A model generated the notes under the pieces. It was not told the DNA's origin and did no database searches. It was given only the letters and a program-made list of their open reading frames with translations. A stretch of 64,000 nucleotides of DNA from Octopus sinensis (lineage: Eukaryota). A program made the position numbers and the translations under genes. The stretch is taken from the NCBI RefSeq assembly GCF_006345805.1, contig NC_043001.1, forward strand, positions 67,208,001-67,272,000, given 5' to 3'. Shown piece after piece: positions 50,197-63,496 of this stretch (the stretch's first letter is position 1; the number at the start of each line of letters is the position of its first letter).

Positions 50197-51029
50197 GACC
50201 TAGCTCTGAAATCACTATCACTCTTTGTGCCACCAGGTACAGATCTATACCCTGTCAACATCATTAGAACAACATACCAATTTATCAAGAAATAAGTTGT
50301 GGCGGTGCTGTTTTAAAAAACATGTGTACAAGATTATACATAATGTAGGAGCAATTTTAGATATTGCTAAATATTGATCTTGAATTGGTTCCAAAACTGA
50401 TACCTCATCACAAACTTCACTCTTTAAATAACAGATAATTCCTTATCTTCGAAAGCCAACCACTTTCATTTTTCTACATTCTGCCAGCTCTACATAAGAC
50501 AGTAATATTGGTAGTGTTGGCAACTTTTAATTTTTAACACTTTAGTCATGTTCTATACTAATATTTCATGTCTTCTGCCAAAACTCAATTGAAACCGAAG
50601 TGAAGTTCTTCATGTTGTTGTTGTAGTAGTATAATCCCAGATCAGCCCTGATCAAAAAGGCTTATGGTCAAACATATTCCAATTGTGACCACATTATGCA
50701 TTTTATATAAAGGGACTACCACATTTTCAAATTTATGCTTTATTTATTTACAATGGTAAGTGATTTAAGGCAGATTTGTAGTTGTTATATCTTGTATCAA
50801 TCTACCTCATAGAGATACCCTTAACCTGTTGTCCTCAACTATGTTAACCAGGGTTGTATATTGAAGCTACCAACATCACAATATTCATGTAATTATAACA
50901 TTTGTAAATATCCATTAAATATAATAATATATTTTTGCATAAATACAATTTATTAACATAATGTCTTATACATGTTATAATGTGTCTTATACATGTGAGT
51001 GTTAAGAGCTATATTGTGACAGCTTACTG

Positions 51030-51310
51030 TAGCAGCTACCATAATTTTTATACCAATGATCAGCTACAGCTTATTCCACTACACCCTGAACCATAACTGC
51101 CTATACCACTCTATCCTATGCAGCAACAGTGTACACCACTACAGCCAATACCACAATTGTATGCTACCATAATCTATACTACAACAACCTACATCAGTAT
51201 AGCCTATACCATTACAAACTAAACTACTAAAGTTCATACTACTATGACCTATACAACTGTAATTTATACTACTAAAGTCAATTCCACTTCAGCCATACAA
51301 TTACAGCATC
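51030..51310. repeat. Highly degenerate minisatellite of about 15-18 bp (CTATACCACTACAGC-like)
   Basis: TATAC(C/T)AC/ACTACA motifs recur at short spacing. Confidence 0.45.
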
Positions 51311-53008
51311 ACCCCTATGGTCAATGTCACTACAGGTGATATCAATACAAGTTTGTGGGAGTAGAACCTCTGTAGTTGAAGAATGAAGTGTTTACCTGGA
51401 TGCCTGGCTCCACAACAAAAGAATTAAGTAGTAGTAGTAATATCTAGAAAATCCCTTGTCACCCTTTTTACCAACAATAGAAAATAACAAAAACGATCAA
51501 CCATCACACTTGACAACATAAAATACGCACACACAAACATTGAAGACAAAAATACTAGAAGTTATATACAACACCTTCACACCAAATACAACACAAAGAA
51601 GACAGTAAAGAAAGCAAAACACTGCAATGAATATACATAGAACCATTATATACAGTTGTGCTTCCTCAAGCTGTGCACTTGAGTGTGTGGGTGCATGCAT
51701 GTTTTACAACCAGGAAAAGAAGGAAAGAATGTGCACACAAGAATTTCAACAAAGAAATTTGAGTGATGGTTATTTGCAAGGATGCACACATACTTTGCAA
51801 AGAACGACAACATTTTCCACAAAATGCACATTTCTGCACAAATCCAGAGAAAAACTGAAAGAGCAACAGTATTCTAAATAGGATCAACAAAAAGAAACAA
51901 TGAAAAGAACCACGTGCAAACAATACATTAGGTTATCCATGATGGATTATGTAAATCCAGTCTGGACCCTCACCTCTCACAACAACAATAACAAACAATA
52001 AAGAATAACAGAACAGTGCAGGGATGACGACACCATCACAGGGTATACACAGAAGATTTACACAACAAAACAAAAATACTAATAAAGAAAACCTCTTGGA
52101 TATGTGAAAGAGACAGTCTGTTGTCACAGCAAGCTACCTCTCCCACCTCCTAGCCCCACCCCCACTGCCTCCTCAAAACACAACAGAACATTACAACATT
52201 CTCTCCCACAAAACCCAGACAACCTTAAGAAACACACTCACTTATAAAGAAATAACTGCAATTTCAATAACCACCCTGGGACCAAAATACTGTGTTGAAA
52301 TGTACATAATCAATAATAACTGCAGTAGAACAGTAACTGTCACATTCTGATTAAGACCATCTTGACCGTTTTCACTATAACCACCACTAGAATGTATGAC
52401 CATATAGAAATGGGCTGGACGGTGGAGGAGCACACGTCCAGACTATCACACTGTACCCCATGATATTCATCACTAAATGCTAGTTTTATGTACCATGATT
52501 AATGACCAACTACCTACCTGGGGGCTACAGCACAATCAACAACATTACAATGACCATCACTATCACTACCATAACTACCTCCTACCACCAGTCACCAATC
52601 CGTAAATGGATACAACACTGTTATAAAGTGTGGTCAGTAGTTGGTCTGTGTATTTGATTTAGCTAATGGATGGCTTCTTGCAGAGAAAACAAATCTAGTT
52701 TTACTTTCATTATCAACAAATCTCAATGAATTGTGGAGGGATGAGGAAAGAACTGGTTTTTGCAACTTGTCCATGCCTCCCTTACATGAAATACTCTTTC
52801 TTTTGAAGTATAAGAGAATAATGTGTGTATGTGTTTTTAAGAAAAAAATATAGACTATTTTTCATCTGTTACTTTGGTTTGCCTTGTGTTTTCACTCCTT
52901 TGTTTCCAAGCAAGTAGCTTTTTTAAACTCAGTTGCTCTACTGCACAATGAGGCTTAGATAAATAGGTTGATTGATTGATTGATAGGTATGTGTGCGTAT
53001 ATGTGTGC

Positions 53009-53048
<40 letters not shown>

Positions 53049-56000
53049 CCATTGTAATCATCAGCAGTAATAGCGTCATAATACAGAAAACCACTTCTAA
53101 AAGCTGCTGTCAATCCATCATCATCATTACCATAAATAACAACATCCTTTCTTTTTTTGTTTCTCACTGGTAAAACAAGTTGAGAATAGATGCAGGTAAA
53201 ATGAGTGTGTGCATGTGTACATGAGTATGCATGCATATACTCTTACGGTGAATGCTGATGTATGTTGAAGAAATGAGGAAGGGAGTACTCAATATATATA
53301 TAAAGTGTGTGGCTTATTTAAACAGTTTTTATCTCCTAAATTGAATTTCACATAAATCTGATCTCTCACCTGAAGATCACTAGTGATGTGTAAATATTCA
53401 GTGTATGTAGATTCTTTTGTGTGTGCGTGTGTGTATGTGTAAGATGGTATTTATTGTCAGGGGTTCTCTTGGCTTAATGGTACAGAGTGCTCAGCTGGAA
53501 TTGGTGAGGTGCAGGATTCAATACCCTGTGAAGACTTGCTGGCCACTTTTTCTATTTTCTAAGGGTATTTACCAAATCTTCTAGGTAGTCTTCACAGCCA
53601 TCCTGCATTCAAGAATTTCTTTATTTTCTGTAGTAAAAAGGGTAAAGACCCCCTCTCCAAGGCACAAGCCCGGGTAAGGTTGTTCATGGAAGACTAGCAA
53701 TTGCCCATGCATACCAGCCTCCCTTCTCCATGCCACCAATGTTATACAAGGGAAAGGCAAAGGCCAATACAGCTTTGTACCGTTGCAACTCATTTGTATA
53801 GTTGAGTGAACTGGTGCAATGCGAAATAAAGTGTCTTGCTCAAGAACACAACACATAGCTCGATCTGGAAATTGAGCCTACTACTTCATGATTGTGAGTC
53901 TGACACATACACACACTTTTCCATGCTTGCATGGGCTAAACGAAATTCATTGAGGCAGATATTTCAGTGGCCACATGCTCTTCTTGTCATCAATCCTCAC
54001 CTATTTCCAGACAAGATATTTCCCTTAGTCTTTAAACATGAACATCACCATGGCTAAATATGTTTTCACAGAAACTGGCAAAAAAATTATACTGCTTGTT
54101 TGGTATATGATGATGGCATTTCTTTACAATTAATGCAGGATGTAAAGACAAAGAAACACAAACACACACGAGAGACTTCTTTCAGTTTCCACCATCAAAT
54201 CCACTAAAAATGCTTTGGTCAGTTGTGGGCTACATAGTAATAGATACTTGTTGAAGATGATGTACAGAGGAGCTGAACTAAGAACCATGTCATTACAAAG
54301 CAAACTTCTTAACCACATAAACAGCAGTCAAGTTTCCCTCACATGTAAATCAACTGCCTCAGGTAAAAGAAAAAAAAAACAGAAGACAGTATAATGTAGA
54401 AAGAGAGGATGGTCATAGCTGGAACATCTTAGAATTTCAACTACACAACTCTACAGAGGTCTAATAGGATTGGTGATAGGTGGGTGTGAAATGACACTGA
54501 ATGCTTTATAAATACAGACATTGACATAGATACACCTACACACAGATCTGATTTCTGCATGGTTCCCATCTACCAAATTCTACTGGTTAATCTAAGATTA
54601 TGGTAGAATACACTTGCTTGAAGTGGTGCCAGTAGAATGTGTGTGTGTGTGTGTTCAATCTTTGCTATTATGGCAGATATTAAAATGCTGTTGATGATAA
54701 TAGTCGGAAAAATGAAATGATGAAGATAGCTGTTATTATTGTTGTTGTTACTATTGTTGTACAGATTCCTTCTCGATCAACTTTGCTTGAACAGATGCAT
54801 GTCACATAGCTCAACAGCAAAATGACCAAGTCTGATACAATCTTTATTGTCCGTCAAACATGACCATCGGTCTTAACTCTAATATTCATCACAAATATAT
54901 TCAGTTGTTTTTAAGAAAGTGCAACCAACTCTCTCAAACAATGAAGTTTGAGGGGGATTTGGTTGCTATTTCCAGCAGACTAACCAACTATCCAGGGTTT
55001 TCTTTTCTTGCAATTAATGATGGCAGAGGTGCTTGTAGTGATGATGAAAATGAAAATATTAATAACGATGCATGCCCTGGATCTCATAAAAGGGCAATGG
55101 TTTGGGGGTTCCAGTGTTTTGAGGAGTGTGGAAGCATCTCTTAGCCACTACTGCTCCCAGGTCTACTCCGACCCAGAGTAGTAGAACCTGCCAGGCTCCC
55201 AGTTCTGGGTTAATTAGCATATCATGGAATCGCTTTCGGAAGAGAGTCACTCACAGACACCTATCAACATTCCCATGATACAGTCATTAATACTTGCTCC
55301 TGCACACCAAGAGAAACTGGGTTCAATTATTATTCTCTTACTCATTTTAGTCATTTGACTGTGGCTATGATGGAGCACTGCTTTTAAAGGTTTTTAGTCG
55401 AAGAAATAAATTCAGGGACTTATTCTTTGTAAGACTAGTACTATTCTATTGGGCTCTTTTGCCAAACTGCTAAGTTATGGGGACGTAAACACACCAACAT
55501 TGGTTGTCAAGTGATGGTGGGGGACAAACACAGACCCAAAGACATATATGCATATATATAGAAATATTCTTTTATTCTTTTACTTCTTTCAGTCATTTGG
55601 CTGCAGCCATGCTGGAGTAGTGCCTAAAGGGGGTTTTTAGTCAAAGAAATTGACTGCAGGACTTATTATATTCATTTCTTTCCTAAACTGCTAAGTTATG
55701 GGGATGTAAATACACCAACATCGGTGGGTAGACAAAGTCAGTCACAAAGACATAAATACATACATATACTAGCAGAGATGCCCAGTGCTGCTTGGGATTA
55801 AAATGGCATAGTTTTTATTGTTTTATTTGTTTCAGTCAAGTGAAAGCTGGGGCACCACATTTAGTCAAACAAATCAAGCCCAAGATTTACTCTTTGTAAA
55901 TTTAGTACTTATTCTATCAGTGTCTTTTGCCAAACTGCTAAGTTATGAAAACATAAACACAGCAACATTGGTTGTCAAGAAATGGTGGGGTTACAGACGC

Positions 56001-56182
56001 ACACACATATACAAATATACACATATATATGACAGTCTTCTTTCAGTTTCTGTGTATGAAATCCACTCACAAGGCTTTGGTCAGCCTGAGGCTGTAATAT
56101 ATCAACATATATATATATATCAATAATCATATATATATATTATATATATATATACATACATATATATATATGTGTATGCATT

Positions 56183-56223
<41 letters not shown>

Positions 56224-57004
56224 CTATTTTGTGACGTCCTGTACCCATATATACATATATGTATACATGGATATGTCAGTATGTAAATATATGTAGGTAT
56301 ATATGCCTATATATATATTTTACTTATATTATTATATGATTGACCACTACGCATCCATTTCCAAATAAGTTTATCTTAATAATATTGATGCGACTCTAGG
56401 TACTGTTCTCTCTCTCCCCTTTCGTTTCTCTCTCTTCCTTTCTCTAATTCTTTTTTCTCCCCTGCACTGTTTCTATCTGTTCCTCTCTCTCTCTCTCTTT
56501 CCCTCTCCCTCTTCCTCGTTTACACTCTTGTTGCTCACACGTGACCATCGTCCAACATTTTTTCCCACATGTGTTCATCTTTCTTTTCTTCCGGTCTGTT
56601 GCACAGACAAGATGTATTCTTGTCAGTCTCCTCTCCTATCTTTTCTCCTGTCAAATAATGTTCCTCAGCATTCACCACCTTACCCCAGCGATGTTGCAGC
56701 AGGAGTTGAACTTAATTTACAGATGAGTTTAATGCTGAAAAATTCCAAGCCCTGCACTACCAGCATCCAAAATTGAATATGAAAATTACAGGGTACACTG
56801 GTCCATAGGGAATTACATCGCTGAAAGGATGAAAGGTAAAGTCAACCTCGGTAGAATTTGAACTCAAAACGTAAAGACAGACGAAATATCACTAAGCATT
56901 TCGTCCGGTGTGCAAACATTTCTGCCAGCTCACCACCGTAATATATACTCTCTTGTAAAAAAACATAAATCTGAAAGAAGAAGCACACTCTAAGATATAG
57001 AGCA

Positions 57005-57044
<40 letters not shown>

Positions 57045-57820
57045 TTTTCTTAAAGTAGTGGAAATAGCTAAAAAACCTTTTGGCTGCTATTTCTAAAAAT
57101 TTCAGTATGTGGCAAAGTAATTTATTTTACTAAGCCCTAATTATATAATGTAATATTTTGAATATGCCTTAAATGGTCCTTTTACATACTGAACACTACT
57201 TGGTGAAATTGATTAATAACTAATTAATTTTACCCTCAATTATTGATATTATAATTTCTTTCTCCCTGTTCTGTTACTACGGTTCTCACCGTTATAGTAT
57301 GTTTACTAGATAACTCACGTGGGTGGAAGGGGAAAGAACATGAATCTTCGCTTGTACATTTTGAATTTGCTAGTACTGGCAGTTTGAAGATGTTTGTCTG
57401 AGGTGATACATTATCGGACGGGTATGTTCATTTTTTTAGTGCTTTCAGATCCAAAATTAAGAAATGTTGAGCTGACGAAGGAAATGCTGAGCTTTATTTC
57501 GGCTAATCTAGAAACGTGACGTTCTCAAATGATCTTTGTACTTGTGATATTTTGCTGTTTTACCTCCATATCTTTGTGAGTTATTTTTGAGTAAACATTA
57601 TCTGGGATAATTTTTCTTAAAGTAGTGGAAATAGCTAAAAAACCTTTTGGCTGCTATTTCTAAAAATTTCAGTATGTGGCAAAGTAATTCATTTTACTAA
57701 GCCCTAATTATATAATGTAATATTTTGAATACGCCTTAAATGGTCCTTTTACATACTGAACACTACTTGGTGAAATTGATTAATAACTAATTAATTTTAC
57801 CCTCAATTATTGATATTATA
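57045..57820 (+). mobile_element. Retrozyme-like / non-autonomous PLE: 567-bp unit plus 209-bp terminal redundancy, inside (TA)n
   Basis: 57045-57253 is near-identical to 57612-57820; one HHR in the unique part; no ORF; (TA)n at 57006-57043 and from 57818. Confidence 0.8.
57467..57528 (+). ncRNA. Type I hammerhead ribozyme candidate
   Basis: Stem I TTGAG/CTCAA, core CTGACGA, branched stem II (GAAAT/ATTTC hairpin; closure AG/CT with an extra A), GAAACG-TGA-CGTT with GUU triplet. Confidence 0.65.
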
Positions 57821-57869
57821 TATATATATATATATTAAAACATATTTATATATATAATAATAATAAAAA

Positions 57870-58002
57870 GTAACAACAAAAGAATGAGAAGACTGGGGGG
57901 TATATCAGCCGAAACGTGTTAACAACAAACGAGATGTAGACAAATGACTGTCAATTGTAAATAATGTAAATAATGTACATAATTCCTCATCTCTTAAATA
58001 TA
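57870..58002 (+). mobile_element. Deleted Poseidon-type pLTR fragment, target of the mariner insertion
   Basis: GGTATATCAGCCGAAACGTGTTAACAACAAAC..AATTCCTCATCTCTTAAATA matches 13950-14050; continues TAGAA after 59276. Confidence 0.75.
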
Positions 58003-59276
58003 TTGGGTTGTCCGGAAAGTTCATGCCAATTTATAGTAGCCTATGTATCAACTTATTTTAGAACATGGGTGAGTCCCTAAAATAGGATTTGACTACACCT
58101 CCATTTAGAGCACAGTTTAAGCTATCTTTTCATGAAAGAAGGTTTATAACCTGTGTTAATTCTCTAACTCTTTAAAATATGAAAATAAGAAAGTTTATTT
58201 TCAGCACTTGATGCTTTTCTTTTTCCATAAAGGGAAAAATGCCTCACAAGCAATCAAAGAAATATGTGCAGTTTACAGTGATGTTTCTTTATCCGAAAGA
58301 ACTGTACGGAAGTGGTTCGCAAGGTTCCGAGCTGGAGATTGTAGCCTTATTGATAAAGAGCGATCAGGCAGACCATCCACTACAGATGATGACCAAATCA
58401 AATCATTAATTGAGAATAACCCACATTGCACAACCTGAGAATTGGCAGAAAGCCTTAACCTATCAAAATCTGTCATTCATGAGCACCTGGTAAAGCTTGG
58501 GTACACAAATAGCTACAATGTTTGGGTACCACGTGAGTTGAGTGAGAAGAACCTTTTGGATCACATTTGCATCTGTGATTCGCTTTATAAACAGAATGAA
58601 AATGCACCTTTTTTAAAGCAAATTGTACTGGTGATGAGAAATGGATTATCTACCGAAATGTTTAGAGAAAGTGATCCTGGAGTAAGCAACGTGAGCCGCC
58701 CTTAGCCACCCCAAAAGTGGGTCTTCACCCTAAAAAAGTCTTGCTTTGTGTCTGGTGGGATTGGAAAGGAATTCTGTACTGAGCTTCTCCCAAGTAACCA
58801 GACAATTAATTCTGAGAAATATTGCATACAACTGGATGAGTTAAAAGCAGCAATTCAAGAGAAACGTCCAGAATTGGCCAACAGGAAGAGCATTGTTCTC
58901 CAACATGATAATGCAAAACTGCACGTTTCTTTGGGAACCAGACAAAATTGCTGCAGCTCGGCTGGGTTGTGTTACCCCACCCTCCATAGTCACCAGATAT
59001 TGCTCCTTCGCATTTCCACTTATTCAGGTCTCTGCAGAATAGTCTTAATGGTAAAAATTTCAATTCCTTGGATGACGTAAAAAAGATACCATGATGAATT
59101 CTTTGCCATGAAACCACCTCAATTCTGGGAAGAGGGTATTTTCAAGTTAAAGGGAAGATAGAGACGCATTGTGCAACAAAATGGTTCATATTTGGTTGAT
59201 TAAAAATGTAATGGCAAGTATTTATTGACCTTTTTCTTTCCTTTAAAAATCAACATGAACTTTCCGGACAACCGAA
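58003..59276 (+). mobile_element. Full-length mariner (DD34D, Hsmar1-like) with transposase pseudogene
   Basis: TIRs TT(G/C)GGTTGTCCGGAAAGTTCATG with TA on both sides; disrupted frames give WFARFR..RSGRP, WVPREL, TGDEKW, QHDNAKLH and HPP*SPDIAPS. Confidence 0.95.
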
Positions 59277-59712
59277 TAGAAAAGTATGAGACCTCAATAT
59301 TAGATAAATAGAGGATTATTTTATAAACGTTTATAATTTAGAGCAAACAGTAAAGGCTGTCATTATAGTACTCAGAGTTTCGAATGTCAGAATGAAGTAC
59401 TACAATACATTCTCGTCGGTTATTAATGGCAACAGACAAATATTCAAAAGATACAAGAAATAAGACAAAATATGAAACAACATTAGTAAGCAAGAATAAA
59501 TTCAAAATAAGTTACCATCTATCCTCTTCTTTATAGTTTTACAAACAGGGACGACTGTTTTTCTAAGTATATTTGCTACATTTTCCGGGCGCATTTACAT
59601 ATAGTGAGAGATGCATGGTTTTGGAGGGTTTTAACTCTTCTTTCAAGCAAACAGATACATGCTGTACCCTGACTTTTAACACGCACACACATTTATGCAT
59701 ACACACACACAC

Positions 59713-59756
<44 letters not shown>

Positions 59757-59786
59757 GCGAGAAAGAAGCAACAAGAATGGATAGGT

Positions 59787-59877
59787 TTTTAGTACAATCG
59801 TTTCATACAAGGACAGGCTTTATTAAAAGTTGCAAAAATTGCAGCATATAAACGTGTCCCGTACTCATCAGCTAAAA
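59787..59877 (-). ncRNA. Type I hammerhead ribozyme (inverted arm)
   Basis: Reverse complement of 63033-63123; intact core. Confidence 0.85.
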
Positions 59878-60128
59878 TACATGTGAGTTCTCTAGACATC
59901 CTAGTGGTTGAGGCTATACTCATGAAGTAATGTAGATAATTAAGTAACATAAACAGATTTCCAAAGTTCATTAAAGTTCTTTAAAGATGATGTAGTCTTA
60001 TCACAGAATTTAAAAAAAGTTTTAATAGTATCACAGAGAAGGTGACTTAATCCATAGTGTACATATGAATTTCCAGAGATATGAGGAGGGATTACATACT
60101 CACAGACGACAAATTTATCCATTGCTAA

Positions 60129-61553
60129 TCACAACGTATTCCTAATAAAGAAGTTATCAGTAATCACGTAAGCAGCAATACAGACCAAGCCCGAAATAAA
60201 AGTAGAATTAAATTAACGGTAAATGCTAATCTAACGTACAGGCCCAACAATTCAAATAGAAGCATTGACCAGAACATAGGTAACTCGGATAATATCGAAG
60301 TAGATAAACCAAAGATGCACACAAATAAAAATAAAAATAATGGTAATAAATACAATAACTCCGGTGAGATGAATAGTAATAATTCTACGAACCCTAAATT
60401 TAATAAAAAAGATATAATATGGCTGAATATTCCTTTCAACTGTGCGATACAATCGGATATACAGAACAAATTCAAAGTAATTCTGGAAAAAAATTTCCCA
60501 ATCTCTCATAGATATCATAGAATTATTTCTAGGAAAACAGTTAGGATTTCTTATTCAACCCTCCCAAATATGTCCACTTTAATAGCTAAGATTAATAATA
60601 ACAACATTAAACTAGCCAGGAAAGATAGAAATAAAAATAATAATATCAGCATGAATACCAATAGCAATTATAATAATACTACCAACAATAAAAACAGCAA
60701 TAGTAACTATCAAAACATGGGTGAAATTAGTAACCACAGAATGACTAATAACATTAACATTAATAGTAATAATAACAATACCGATATTAATAGAAGTAAT
60801 AATGTTAATAATAGAAATAATAGAAATAAGGCTAATGGAGAAAACAAGGAGAATGAAAATATCATTGATATCTATAACAACAATATGCAGTCGGATAAAA
60901 AGACTAACAATAATAGTAACATTACCAATAATATAAGAAATCATGGTAGGACTTTAGACCTAAAAGATGAAACAGAAGGATCAATAAATAATAGCAATAC
61001 TTTAGATATCAGCACCAACTATAGAAATATTAATAACAATAAGGACAATTATACTCATGATAATCAAAATAATAGGAACCTAAGACATCTACCCAAGAAT
61101 AATCCAAAACCTGAAGTTGTTCCTCCTGTGTGTAAGTGTAGAATAAAATCAAAATGCCCGGCACCTGGTCTATGCGGGGAAAATAATGTAATCTATAAAT
61201 GTACCATATCCACGGAGAATAACAAATATTTTTACATTGGATGTACAATTAATTTTCTAGCCAGAGTTAGAAATCACATCTCGTCTTTTAAATTACGTCA
61301 TAAAGCTGGTACCACCACACTTTCAAACAAAATCTGGGAACTCAAAAATAATAATAATAATTATAACCTTAATTGGGAAATAGTTAGGAGAGCAATTCCG
61401 TATAAAAATAGCAGGGTTGGTTGCCAACTATGCTCCATGGAGACATATGAAATTCTAAAGCATAGAAAACATAGAAACTTATTGAATAACCATATCGAAC
61501 TAGGTCAAGTTTGTGTCCACGCTAAATTGAAGACTTTAAAATATTTTAAATGA
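60129..61553 (+). CDS. C-terminal part of a Penelope-like ORF: RT thumb end, Asn-rich linker, Cys motif and GIY-YIG endonuclease
   Basis: Stop-free from 60129 (first Met 60315); IIWLNIPF..KTVRISYSTLPNM, CKCRIKSKCP..C, VIYKCTI..FYIGC..NHISSF..LSNKIWELK..WEIV..CQLCSME are typical of Neptune-group PLEs. Confidence 0.85.
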   Translation, partial: SQRIPNKEVISNHVSSNTDQARNKSRIKLTVNANLTYRPNNSNRSIDQNIGNSDNIEVDKPKMHTNKNKNNGNKYNNSGEMNSNNSTNPKFNKKDIIWLNIPFNCAIQSDIQNKFKVILEKNFPISHRYHRIISRKTVRISYSTLPNMSTLIAKINNNNIKLARKDRNKNNNISMNTNSNYNNTTNNKNSNSNYQNMGEISNHRMTNNININSNNNNTDINRSNNVNNRNNRNKANGENKENENIIDIYNNNMQSDKKTNNNSNITNNIRNHGRTLDLKDETEGSINNSNTLDISTNYRNINNNKDNYTHDNQNNRNLRHLPKNNPKPEVVPPVCKCRIKSKCPAPGLCGENNVIYKCTISTENNKYFYIGCTINFLARVRNHISSFKLRHKAGTTTLSNKIWELKNNNNNYNLNWEIVRRAIPYKNSRVGCQLCSMETYEILKHRKHRNLLNNHIELGQVCVHAKLKTLKYFK

Positions 61554-63032
61554 TTAGAATATTCGTAACTAGATAGATAGATAGATATAACTTGATTTTT
61601 ACTAGTATAGCACTACTTTAAGTAGATAACTAAGAGTTCTCACACTACAGTTATCTTTTTCCTTATATCTGCATCAGTTTTTTGAGAACAGGGAAATGAA
61701 TAGTACTTATACGCTGCTTAATTGAGGCTTTATTTAATTTCAAACTCATAATTTTAAATCTTAATTTTAAATCTTAATTTTAATTTTTAATTTTAATTCT
61801 TAACTTAATCTAATTTAGGTAGCATAACTTTAATAAAATAAAATGAATTACTAAAGCCCCATAATTCTATTTCAAAATTAAATAAATAAGGCTACTCCCT
61901 CGGTGATAATATGATTATCTTCATTATGATAGACAATTCCCTAACACCTTGTAAATGATCTTCTAAGATTTGACCTGTAGTCCGTCAATGTATGAATAAT
62001 AACGGCAACTCCTTAAGACAGTAAAATGAATAAATTAAATAAATAAATTTTAATGACTTTTTGATAAGATTATACTTAGATTTTCCTAATGTATTTTCTT
62101 TTGATTTTAGCCTTTGACCCCTAAACCCCTGACTGTGTTATCTCTTTAGATTCTCTTTAAATTCATAGCTGCTTTCAACAGCAATAAATTAGCTGTTTTA
62201 CTGGTCAAAGAATAATATTCTCCTCTAGTTCCTTGATGCCTGTAAATTAAAACCAGACTTGCCGTCTACTAATTCTTCTGTATAACTAGAACCCTCTTTT
62301 TTTCTTTTTCTTTTTTTCCCTTCTTTCCCTATTTCTTTCTCTTTTCTCTTTTTTCTTTTTCTTCTTCTTATTCTCTCTCTCTCTTTTTCTTTTTTTCTTT
62401 TTCCTTTTCTCTTCTCTTTTAGTCCCCCCCCCCTTTTGCTCCCTCCTCCTTTATTTTCTCTCTTTTCTTCTCTTTCCTTCCCTTTTCTGTTCTTTGCCTC
62501 CCTAGAAAGCCCTTCAGCCTTTAAAAGTTAAATAGCTACAGTCTCTTGAAAATAGCAGTAATGTGATTAATGTGGCAAATACCTAATCATATAGCAAGAA
62601 TTGATACCTACCTCATTGAGTTCAACCATTGATAAATTTATCGCCTGTGAATATGAAATTCCTCTTCATTTCTCTGGAAATTTACACCTACACCATTGGA
62701 AATTGTGCATCTATACAAAGGATTAATTCACCCTCTCTGTAATGCTAATAAGCAGGAATTGAGACCCACCTCGTTGTGATTAGCAATGGATAAATTTGTC
62801 GTCTGTGAGTATGTAATCCCTCCTCATATCTCTGGAAATTCATATGTACACTATGGATTAAGTCACCTTCTCTGTGATGCTATTAAAACTTTTTTAAAAT
62901 TCTGTGATAAGACTGTACATCATCTTTAAAGAACTTTAATGAACTTTGGAAATCTGTTTATGTTACTTAATTATCTACATTACTTCATGAGTATAGCCTC
63001 AACCACTAGGATGTCTAGAGAACTCACATGTA

Positions 63033-63123
63033 TTTTAGCTGATGAGTACGGGACACGTTTATATGCTGCAATTTTTGCAACTTTTAATAAAGCCTGTCCT
63101 TGTATGAAACGATTGTACTAAAA
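63033..63123 (+). ncRNA. Type I hammerhead ribozyme, predicted cleavage after 63117
   Basis: TTTTAG CTGATGA GTACGGGACA..TGTCCTTGTAT GAAAC GATT GTA CTAAAA. Confidence 0.85.
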
Positions 63124-63393
63124 ACCTATCCATTCTTGTTGCTTCTTTCTCGCTTATAATCACCCCACATTACTGTATTGTTAAAACCGTATAGTTTTTT
63201 TGGTGCATCTAAGTTAGGTACCACATTCAAGTAAATTCATTTAAATTAACTTGAATCTTTATTGCTTTTTGAATATATATATATATATATATATATTAAA
63301 TTAGAGAATGAAGAACTTAAGCCAATACATATTATTATTTAATTTATATTATTTAAATATATAACAAAATTATTAAAAAAATATAATTAATTT

Positions 63394-63460
63394 CACACTA
63401 CGATCGTTTCATGCATGCTAACTTCTTCAAATTTTTGAGTCGCAGTCATTCATAAGGTGG
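63394..63460 (-). ncRNA. Degraded type I hammerhead motif (G5U core change) of another family
   Basis: Minus strand CCAC CTTATGA ATGACTGC..GCATGCAT GAAAC GATC GTA GTGTG: palindromic ACGATCGT helix III, partial stems I and II. Confidence 0.55.
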
Positions 63461-63496
63461 TTTAAATATCTAAAATATAATCAATATTTTTAAGAT

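Larger units (their letters stand above)
59757..63272 (+). mobile_element. Neptune-like Penelope retroelement, 5'-truncated (no RT core), with inverted 5' arm 59757-60136 matching 62772-63153, inside (TA)n
   Basis: GIY-YIG ORF, long 3' region, HHR-bearing pLTR and about 380-bp inverted arm; (TA)n at 59715-59755 and 63273-63296. Confidence 0.9.
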
